A stretch of DNA of 30,743 nucleotides from a virus. Taxonomy: Duplodnaviria; Caudoviricetes. The stretch spans positions 1-30,743 of the IMG/VR virus record IMGVR_UViG_3300048576_000054. One strand, given 5' to 3'. Each line of letters starts with the position of its first letter. Within the stretch, counting starts at the first letter, position 1. Made by a program: the position numbers and the translations under genes. Below, in pieces: positions 24,165 to 30,743 of the stretch. A model generated the notes under the pieces. The model was not told the DNA's origin. It ran no database searches and saw nothing but the letters and a program-made list of their open reading frames with translations.

Positions 24165-24601
24165 CCGATCAAAGACAGGCTGTCGTCGCCGAGGCATTGA
24201 GCTGGGAGCGCACTCCCTGGAGGCATCGCGCCCGCGTCAAGGGGGCGGGCGTCGATTGCGGAATGCTCTGCGCAGAGGTCTATGAGCGCGCCGGCGCCGT
24301 GCCGCACATCGAGCCGGGCGACTACCCGAGCGACTGGATGCAGCACCGCACGGAGAGCCCGATGCTCGAATGGGTCGAGCGCTACTGCGATCGTGTCGAC
24401 GGTGATGCGCTGCCCGGCGATATCGTCCTCTTCGCGTTCGGCCTCTGCGTTTCGCACGCTGCGATCGTGATCGAGTGGCCCCGGATCATCCACGCTTACA
24501 TTAAGGCCCGCGCGGTCGTGCAGGACGACGTCGTCGACAATGCCGCGCTCGCCCAGCGTGTCGCCGGCATCTGGCGACCGCGCGCATGGGGTGACGCATG
24601 A
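24161..24601 (+). CDS. NlpC/P60 family tail-associated peptidase
   Basis: W..TPWRH...KGAGVDC, PGDIVLF, SHAAI, IIHA. Confidence 0.9.
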   Translation: MTDQRQAVVAEALSWERTPWRHRARVKGAGVDCGMLCAEVYERAGAVPHIEPGDYPSDWMQHRTESPMLEWVERYCDRVDGDALPGDIVLFAFGLCVSHAAIVIEWPRIIHAYIKARAVVQDDVVDNAALAQRVAGIWRPRAWGDA

Positions 24602-27453
24602 GCGGACTTTTCGGCTCGGCCTCGCCCTCATCGACGGTTACGCGCCTGACCTCGCTGCAGGTATCGTCCTCGATCTATGGCGCGACGATCGCAGTTGTAT
24701 ATGGCACAAACCGGGTGCCCAGCAACCTCGCGGACTACGCGGATTTCGAGGCGCACGAGCAAGAGCAGAACAACGGCAAGGGCGGTGGCGCCGCGTCGTC
24801 CTATACCTACACCGCCGCAGTCATTGAGGCGATCTGCGAGGGACCGATCACCGGCATCGGCAAGGTCTGGCAGGACAAGGATGTATATACCCTTGCCGGC
24901 TCTGGCTTTTCGATGCTCTCCGGCGGGCGGCCCCAGGCCGCCTGGGGCACCTGGGCGAGCAAGCACCCAGACCGTGCGCTCGGCTACTCTGGCACGGCAC
25001 TGGTCTGTAATGCGCGTCAGGATCTCGGCGCCGGCGGCAGCACGCCGAACTTTAACTTCGAGGTCGTCGGGCTCTTCGCGGGGTCCAGCTCGGGCACGAT
25101 CACGGTCTCCGGAAAAGCCATGCCCTGGAGTCTGGCGGGTGGCAAAAACGCCGCCTATCCGATCAGCGCGACCGGCACGTCTCCGGTCGCGGTCGCGGTC
25201 GTGCCCGGGCAGGCGATCACGCTCTCCGCGACTGGTGCGGTCAGCTACAACAGCGGAGGCGCGACGGTTGGCCCGGACGGCGCGAACATCAACCGCGGTG
25301 GCAACACGACGACCCCGCCGAGCTACTACGCGGGCCACGACGCGACATCGAACGACATGGTCGGCCTCGTCGGGGCCTTCGCCGACGCCTCCGGAAATGT
25401 GATCAAACCCGTCTGGATCGGCTCCGCCGCATCGCTCGTGGCGCCCGCCGGCGCGACACAGTTGCTGCTCGGCGTCAATGACTGCCGCTACGACGACAAT
25501 GGCGGCAGCTTCACGGTCTCAATCCCGAGCGCAACAAACTCCGGCGCCGACGCCTTCGCCGACCTCGTAATCGGCGGCATGCTGGGCAACCCCTACTACG
25601 GCATCGGCTGGGACGCCTCGCGCATCGCCGACATGACGAGCGGAGACGCGTCCTACCGTCGCTACTGCGTCGCGGCCGGCTTCTTTGTTTCGCCTGCTTT
25701 TACCGATCAACAGGCAACCTCGGGCCAACTGCAGACCCTGCTCGATGCGACCAACGCCGAGATCGTCTGGCATGCGACAGCGGCCGGGATGGTGCTCAAG
25801 ATCGTCCCCTATGGAGACGCGCCGATCACCGGCAACGGCATCACCTACACCCCGGACACGGCGCCGATCTACGACATCACCTACGACGACATCCTCGGCG
25901 TCATCGACGAGCGGGGCACCGCGACAGGCGAATCGCCGATCGCGGTGACTCTGACCAGTGTGCAGGACATCAAAAACTGCGTCCCGGTCGAGTACGTCAA
26001 GCGCTCGAACGATTACAACACCGCGACTGAGCAGGAGCCCGATTTCGCGGACGTGTCGATCAACGGCATGAAAACCGATGGCGCGCTGACCCTGCACTGC
26101 ATCACCAATCAGGCGCACGCCCAGGCGATCAGCAAGATCCGCGCGCAGCGCAATGTCTATGTGCGCCGTCAATACACGGTGCGTGTCTCGTGGCGGCTGA
26201 TGTGCGTCGAGCCGATGGACCTGGTCACGATCTCCGATCCGCTGCTGGGCCTGTCCTACCGGATTTGCCGGGTCATCTCGGTCGAGTACCCGGACGAGAC
26301 GGGGGAGTCCGAGGGCATCACGCTCACGCTGGAGGACTGGCCGCTGGGCATCGGCTCGGCGACCAAATACCCGTCAGGATCAGGCTCGGCCGCGAGCTCG
26401 GGGACAAGCACAGGGACCGGCACGGGCTCGGTCTCGACCGCCGGAGCGGGCGGTTCGAACGGCAATACATCGGGGTCTCAGCTCGCCAGCACGCCGCCCG
26501 GCAACACCAACGCCCCGGTCATCTTCGAACCGCCCGCGCTGCTATCCGGATCCGGAAAGCCCGAGATCTGGATCGGCGCATCGGGCGGTGCGAACTGGGG
26601 AGGGTGCTATGTCTGGATCTCGACCGACGGCGGGTCATCCTACAGCAAGGTCGCGACCATCTCGGGCAAGGCCAAGCATGGCACGCTGACGGCGGCGCTC
26701 GCATCGGTCGCCGACCCCGACACGACCAGCACGCTCGCGGTCGATCTCGCGGTCAGCGGCGGCACGCTCACCGGCACCGACGCCAACGGCCTCGCGGCCT
26801 GGGCCACGGCCAGCCTGGTCGGCGACGAGATTGTCGCTTTCCGGACTGCAACACTGACCGGCGCCAACGCTTACAGCCTCACGACGCTGCGCCGCGGTGG
26901 CTACGGCTCGGGCAATGCCGCGCACGCGGTCGGCACCCGCTTCATGTTGATCGATTCGGCCGTCGCAAAAATCACTTACGACGAGTCGCTGGCCGGCAAA
27001 ACGCTCTACATCAAGTGCCAGAGCTACAACAACTTTTCGACGGCCGTTCAGGATCTCGCCGACGTGACAGCGGTTGCTTTTGTCCCCCAGGGTGTCGAGT
27101 ACCCGCAGCCGACCACAGTCACTGTCACGACCAGCACGACAAAGCCATCTGTAGCCGCGAATGACGCGCAGATCATCGCGCAGTCCTGGACGGACGGCAT
27201 CGACTACAACGCCGGGTCGCCGAATGTCGTCGGGAAAGTCTGGGTCGATATCGCGTGGGCATTTTCGAGCACGGCTTCGGCGCCGGATTACTTCGAGGTC
27301 GTGCTGATCTCGGGCTCCGACCCGACCGATCCGAGCACTTATCTGATCGAGCCCGCTCGGGTCGATGGCGATGTTCGGCGGCTCGTCCTCGCGGTCACGC
27401 CTAATGCAAACATTTCGAGCATCAATGCCTGTGTGAGGGCTGTCTATGCCTAA
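24598..27453 (+). CDS. Large tail-tip/host specificity protein with an inserted lectin-like domain
   Basis: VVYGTNRV, ICEGPITGIGKVW, AYSGTA-like, PNFNFEV, EPMDLV, LRRG.YG motifs of GTA gp15/tip-attachment-type proteins. Confidence 0.88.
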   Translation: MSGLFGSASPSSTVTRLTSLQVSSSIYGATIAVVYGTNRVPSNLADYADFEAHEQEQNNGKGGGAASSYTYTAAVIEAICEGPITGIGKVWQDKDVYTLAGSGFSMLSGGRPQAAWGTWASKHPDRALGYSGTALVCNARQDLGAGGSTPNFNFEVVGLFAGSSSGTITVSGKAMPWSLAGGKNAAYPISATGTSPVAVAVVPGQAITLSATGAVSYNSGGATVGPDGANINRGGNTTTPPSYYAGHDATSNDMVGLVGAFADASGNVIKPVWIGSAASLVAPAGATQLLLGVNDCRYDDNGGSFTVSIPSATNSGADAFADLVIGGMLGNPYYGIGWDASRIADMTSGDASYRRYCVAAGFFVSPAFTDQQATSGQLQTLLDATNAEIVWHATAAGMVLKIVPYGDAPITGNGITYTPDTAPIYDITYDDILGVIDERGTATGESPIAVTLTSVQDIKNCVPVEYVKRSNDYNTATEQEPDFADVSINGMKTDGALTLHCITNQAHAQAISKIRAQRNVYVRRQYTVRVSWRLMCVEPMDLVTISDPLLGLSYRICRVISVEYPDETGESEGITLTLEDWPLGIGSATKYPSGSGSAASSGTSTGTGTGSVSTAGAGGSNGNTSGSQLASTPPGNTNAPVIFEPPALLSGSGKPEIWIGASGGANWGGCYVWISTDGGSSYSKVATISGKAKHGTLTAALASVADPDTTSTLAVDLAVSGGTLTGTDANGLAAWATASLVGDEIVAFRTATLTGANAYSLTTLRRGGYGSGNAAHAVGTRFMLIDSAVAKITYDESLAGKTLYIKCQSYNNFSTAVQDLADVTAVAFVPQGVEYPQPTTVTVTTSTTKPSVAANDAQIIAQSWTDGIDYNAGSPNVVGKVWVDIAWAFSSTASAPDYFEVVLISGSDPTDPSTYLIEPARVDGDVRRLVLAVTPNANISSINACVRAVYA

Positions 27454-27940
27454 AAGTCCTTGGACAAAATCCGGTTCTGCTGCTTCCGTCGCCGCTTCTT
27501 TGTCCGCAGTCGGGTCAGGATCCAGCGGAGGCGGCGGAGGTCTTTTGCAATCTAAATATTCAGAGACGTCCAGCCCGATAACCACAACGAACGGCGGTAC
27601 CGGAACCCCGACTTTATCAAACACAACTCTACTCACGTCGATAACGATAACCCCTCATGCAATAGGTAACGCTTTACGCATCAGGTGCGCGACGAGGAAC
27701 ACAAAATCATATACAGGCGACGCAGAGCTCCACATTTTTGATTCTTCCGGAAATTTTATAAAGAGGTCCGAAGCTTCGCTCCAGGGCGGCTTCACGGGGC
27801 CGCTTTATGTGATTGCACAAATCATTGTGTCATTGGTATCACCTGTAACGATACAGGCAAGGGCTAGAGGAAATAACGAAGCGTCTGTAGTAAACGGGTG
27901 TTCGCTCGAAGTCGAAGAAATTTCGGCGGCCGTGCTTTAA
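27446..27940 (+). CDS. Low-GC beta-rich protein, possible short tail fibre/receptor-binding subunit
   Basis: Overlaps the upstream stop; Gly/Ser linker followed by a Thr/Ile-rich beta domain ending LEVEEI; AT-rich codons. Confidence 0.65.
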   Translation: MPKSPWTKSGSAASVAASLSAVGSGSSGGGGGLLQSKYSETSSPITTTNGGTGTPTLSNTTLLTSITITPHAIGNALRIRCATRNTKSYTGDAELHIFDSSGNFIKRSEASLQGGFTGPLYVIAQIIVSLVSPVTIQARARGNNEASVVNGCSLEVEEISAAVL

Positions 27941-27942
27941 AT

Positions 27943-28281
27943 ATGCGAGCGAACTGCTTACTCGTCGCGCTCTGGCTTTGGTTTCGCGGGCGCGGACACG
28001 GCTGGATTGCGATGCGCCGCAGCGACGGCCTGCGCGGGCTCATTCCGCATTTCGCCTACGCGGCCCGCGCTCGCGGCTGGATGCTGACCGTCGAATTCAG
28101 CCCCGGAAAATCAAAATCCTGGATTTTCTCGCGCGGCGATTCCCCGCTTCTTTTTCGCGGAAATTTCGTGATCCGCACTTACGTCCTCGTCAATCGCGCA
28201 GAGCACGGCTCCCCGGCCGATGCTCTGCGCGCGATACGAATTTTTGAAAGCAGCACAGGGAGCAAGCATGCAAAGCACTGA
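27943..28281 (+). CDS. Hypothetical protein
   Basis: ATG 2 nt after the previous stop; MRANCLLVALWLWF...RRS...PHF; fills the gap before the lysis genes. Confidence 0.6.
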   Translation: MRANCLLVALWLWFRGRGHGWIAMRRSDGLRGLIPHFAYAARARGWMLTVEFSPGKSKSWIFSRGDSPLLFRGNFVIRTYVLVNRAEHGSPADALRAIRIFESSTGSKHAKH

Positions 28282-28552
28282 TGACGTGCAAACCCGCCTC
28301 GCGGCCGGAGATCGGAAGATGGACGGATTGCAGGAGCAGATCGACGGACTGCGCGTTGCGATCGCCGACAACACCGCGCTGACCCAGCAGATCCACACTT
28401 CGACCGCCGACTTGGTCGAGGCATTCGGCGCGCTGCGCGGTGGGCTCAAGGTGCTTGAGACGATCGGTCGTTTGGCGCGGCCGGTCGGCTACATTGCAGC
28501 CGCTATCGCGGCGGCTATCGGCGTCTTGCAATCGATCCGGGGGCTCAGATGA
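28268..28552 (+). CDS. Putative holin (coiled coil plus C-terminal TM)
   Basis: GGGAG RBS; one hydrophobic C-terminal helix; directly upstream of the endolysin. Confidence 0.55.
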   Translation: MQSTDDVQTRLAAGDRKMDGLQEQIDGLRVAIADNTALTQQIHTSTADLVEAFGALRGGLKVLETIGRLARPVGYIAAAIAAAIGVLQSIRGLR

Positions 28553-29085
28553 GCGACGCGAAAAGCCGCCTCGTCGCGCTGGCCGGTGCATCGGCCGCGA
28601 CTGCGTTGTTGCTGCTGATCCCGAGCGCCGGCGTTGAGGGAAACAGGGCAAAGCCCTACCGCGATGTCGGCGGGGTCTGGACGGTCTGCGCGGGGGTCAC
28701 CGGCTCGCGCGTCAATCCCCGGCATCTCTACTCGCCGGAGGAGTGTCGTCAGATCAACAGCCTGACGATCGCCGAGCACGCCGAGCGGGCACTGCCATGT
28801 GTGCGGGTGCCGATGTCCGACTCGCGCAAAGTCGGGCTCGTCGTCTTTTCCTACAACGTCGGCCCCGGCGCTTTCTGTGGCTCCAGCCTCGCTCACCGGC
28901 TCAACGTCCGCGACCCACGTGCGTGCGAGGAGATCACCGAGCACTGGTACAAGGCTGGCGGCCGCGATTGCCGGATCAGATCGAACAACTGCTACGGACT
29001 GATCGATCGCCGCAAGATCGAGCGCGCGCTGTGCGAAGGCTACCCGCTGGACAAGGTCCAAGATCTGATCGACAGGAGGATGTGA
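28549..29085 (+). CDS. SAR endolysin, GH24 lysozyme
   Basis: E-X8-D-X5-T triad (EGNRAKPYRDVGGVWT), YNVG, GLIDRR; Ala/Gly/Leu-rich N-terminal SAR helix; 8 Cys. Confidence 0.92.
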   Translation: MSDAKSRLVALAGASAATALLLLIPSAGVEGNRAKPYRDVGGVWTVCAGVTGSRVNPRHLYSPEECRQINSLTIAEHAERALPCVRVPMSDSRKVGLVVFSYNVGPGAFCGSSLAHRLNVRDPRACEEITEHWYKAGGRDCRIRSNNCYGLIDRRKIERALCEGYPLDKVQDLIDRRM

Positions 29086-29666
29086 TGCTCGAAGGAATCA
29101 AGGCCCAGGTCGTAGCGCTCAAGGCCGGTGCGCCGTGGCTCCGGATCGGCCTCGCGGTCGGCGGCGTGCTGATCCTGCTCGCGTCCGGAATCGTGATCGG
29201 CGAGCGCTGCGCCGCGCCGCGCGCAGAGGTGATCACGTACCGCGTCCCCGTGCGCCAGGCCGACGGCTCGCTGATCGCCGAGCGCACGCCAGAGGCCAAG
29301 CCGACCCCGGCTCCCCACGAGATCCCGCGCGGCTGGAAAGAGGAGCGCCGCGTGTCGGCGACGGTAAAGCCTGCCCGTTCCGATTGCCCGCCGGTCGCGC
29401 TCGACATGTCGATTGTCAGGGACAGGGAGGGCGGCAAGCGCGTCGTGCTCTCAAGCCCGGACGGCACGGTGACCGCAGGGCAGGACATTCCGATCGAGCC
29501 CGCCCTGGTCCCGGCTCCGGTGCGACGATGGGCGGCTGGTCTCGCCTACGACCCCCGCGAGCGCAAATCATCGGCCTGGGTAGAGCGCGACTTCGCCCGT
29601 GCCCGCGTCGGCGCCGAGCTGTCGCAATCCGGCGAGGCCCGCCTGCGCGTCGGCTTTACCTTCTGA
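29085..29666 (+). CDS. Membrane-anchored protein at the spanin position
   Basis: TGATG coupling, AGGAGG RBS; N-terminal TM helix; C-terminal amphipathic strands ending VGFTF. Confidence 0.75.
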   Translation: MLEGIKAQVVALKAGAPWLRIGLAVGGVLILLASGIVIGERCAAPRAEVITYRVPVRQADGSLIAERTPEAKPTPAPHEIPRGWKEERRVSATVKPARSDCPPVALDMSIVRDREGGKRVVLSSPDGTVTAGQDIPIEPALVPAPVRRWAAGLAYDPRERKSSAWVERDFARARVGAELSQSGEARLRVGFTF

Positions 29667-29707
29667 TATCCCCAGGATCTGGGGATAACTCCCCGCGCTG
29701 ACCCCGT

Positions 29708-29737
29708 AGGCCCGCATCGCGCGGGCCTTTCCTTTCT
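29708..29737 (+). terminator. End-of-late-operon terminator
   Basis: AGGCCCGC-atcgc-GCGGGCCT followed by TTCCTTTC; a second perfect hairpin (TATCCCCAG-gat-CTGGGGATA) lies at 29667-29687. Confidence 0.7.
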
Positions 29738-29764
29738 GTGCCTGATTTTTGAGCAGATGGACGG

Positions 29765-29876
29765 CGTGACTTTTTTCACGCTCTTCGCAGAAAGCGCTTG
29801 TGCTTTATTATGTGAGCGCCTACAATTTAACTCATGGATCAGGGAGATCCAACCGCACCTCGGGTCATCAGGGGTA
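29765..29876 (+). repeat. Promoter-leader module, copy 1 (TTGTGC-N17-TACAAT)
   Basis: 112-bp direct repeat, 103/112 identical to 30599-30710, with a 55-bp perfect core; -35 at 29798, -10 at 29821. Confidence 0.92.
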
Positions 29877-29887
29877 GGAGTTGAAAA

Positions 29888-30148
29888 ATGAAAGTCCGCG
29901 TTGAGACTCTGAACTCCGCTGGAATCGTCTCTGAAGCTCGTAACCTTGGGCTCGAAGAAATTGAGTTCATCGGAGCTTTTGACCCGGTCGAGCCGCTTTT
30001 TAATGTCTGCGAAGCAGACGCAAAGATTCGTGTTTATTCCTTCCCTGGACTTGCCTACGTCGCCGACACAAACGGCGACCCCGTGTGGGAGGCGAACGAC
30101 CCTCAGGCATGGGCCGATCTTATGGAGCAGTACGGAGTCGAACTGTAA
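29888..30148 (+). CDS. Acidic hypothetical accessory protein (86 aa)
   Basis: AGGAG RBS at the end of repeat copy 1; lower-GC codon usage. Confidence 0.8.
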   Translation: MKVRVETLNSAGIVSEARNLGLEEIEFIGAFDPVEPLFNVCEADAKIRVYSFPGLAYVADTNGDPVWEANDPQAWADLMEQYGVEL

Positions 30149-30162
30149 GGGGGTAATAGGCC

Positions 30163-30603
30163 ATGGTCCATCAAAACCGTGGCCGCCTTACCGTCGATCC
30201 TGACGGTAATTGGCGGTTCTACACAAACAGCGTTCCTGCCGGCTGCACCGCGCTCGGGACGGTAACCCGCGACGGCGAAACAGGCGCTCTGGTCGTCACC
30301 GAGGCGGGCATCTACTCGATGCTCAATGAGCGCGTCTATCGCGCCCTGGACCAGCGCAAGGTCAAAGCGGCGCTCTCGCCCGAGGGCGGGCGAGGACGCC
30401 CGGCTCTCGGGGAGCGCGCAATGACGCAGGCAGAGCGAGCGGCAAAAGCAAAGCGCGATCTGGAGGGCTCTGGGGGCCGGCTGCTGAACAAGGTCGCGCT
30501 CCGGCGCGAGGCGAACGATGTCCTCGCGAGCGAGATGGTCAGGACCGGAGAGACGGCCGGAGACGTGATCAATCGGGCGCTAGCCGCCCTTGGTGGATCG
30601 TGA
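30163..30603 (+). CDS. Two-domain accessory protein with a C-terminal ribbon-helix-helix-like region
   Basis: GGGGG RBS; beta-rich N-terminal domain, then GRGRPALG...MTQAER...VAL...ETAGDVINRAL, resembling CopG/RHH-type DNA binders. Confidence 0.75.
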   Translation: MVHQNRGRLTVDPDGNWRFYTNSVPAGCTALGTVTRDGETGALVVTEAGIYSMLNERVYRALDQRKVKAALSPEGGRGRPALGERAMTQAERAAKAKRDLEGSGGRLLNKVALRREANDVLASEMVRTGETAGDVINRALAALGGS

Positions 30604-30710
30604 CTTTTTTCACGCTTTCCTCCGAAAGTCCTTGTGCTTTATTATGTGAGCGCCTACAATTTAACTCATGGATCAGGGAGATCCAGCCGCGCCTCGGGTG
30701 ATCAGGGGTA
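30599..30710 (+). repeat. Promoter-leader module, copy 2
   Basis: Offset exactly 834 bp from copy 1; -35 at 30632, -10 at 30655. Confidence 0.92.
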
Positions 30711-30721
30711 AAGGAACGAAA

Positions 30722-30743
30722 ATGGACAAGCCGAAATTTGAAG
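30722..30743 (+). CDS. 5' end of the next accessory gene (truncated by the window)
   Basis: AAGGA RBS and ATG at the same offset from the repeat as 29888; MDKPKFE... Confidence 0.6.

Noticed and set aside
22640-25524. Diversity-generating retroelement TR/VR pair
   Set aside because: Both copies are in-frame coding domains, mismatches are not confined to adenines, and no reverse transcriptase is in the window.
26370-26510. Gly/Ser/Thr low-complexity tract as a repeat element
   Set aside because: No regular DNA repeat unit; best read as a flexible linker in the tail-tip protein.
29135-29701. Embedded Rz1-like o-spanin
   Set aside because: The alternate-frame ORF has no hydrophobic signal peptide or lipobox.
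29765-30710. CRISPR array or attL/attR
   Set aside because: Two 112-bp repeats separated by ~720 bp of genes do not fit CRISPR geometry; they contain a promoter, are only 834 bp apart, and no integrase or tRNA is adjacent.
1-30743. tRNA genes
   Set aside because: GGTTCGA occurrences (e.g. ~4011, ~5467, ~6663) fall inside coding sequence without a supporting cloverleaf; a tRNAscan-SE run would confirm.

Overview
The window is a continuous ~30.7 kb stretch of a GC-rich temperate lambdoid siphophage or prophage, probably from a Proteobacterial host (inferred from gene families only). Left to right it contains: the start of the leftward early operon with PL, a boxA and structured leaders; two zinc-ribbon membrane genes behind an S24-family cI repressor; cro and a cII-like gene; a DUF1376 replication initiator with internal iterons and a P-like gene; a nin-like region (RuvC-like, NinB, Ref-like); Q and the late promoter; TerS/TerL; a portal-MuF fusion; protease/scaffold; capsid; head-tail joining genes; tail tube; frameshifted tail chaperones; tape measure; a GTA-like tail tip (DUF2460, DUF2163, NlpC/P60, large tail protein); a lysis cassette; and accessory genes preceded by a repeated 112-bp promoter/leader module. 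No integrase, att site, tRNA, CRISPR array or reverse transcriptase is visible. The most notable signals are the repeated promoter-leader cassette, a LecA/PA-IL-like lectin domain inserted in two different tail-tip proteins, a -1 frameshift signal exactly at the portal/MuF junction, and a spanin-position protein with an N-terminal TM helix and a beta-barrel-like C-terminus. All family calls come from recognising motifs by eye; no database searches were run.
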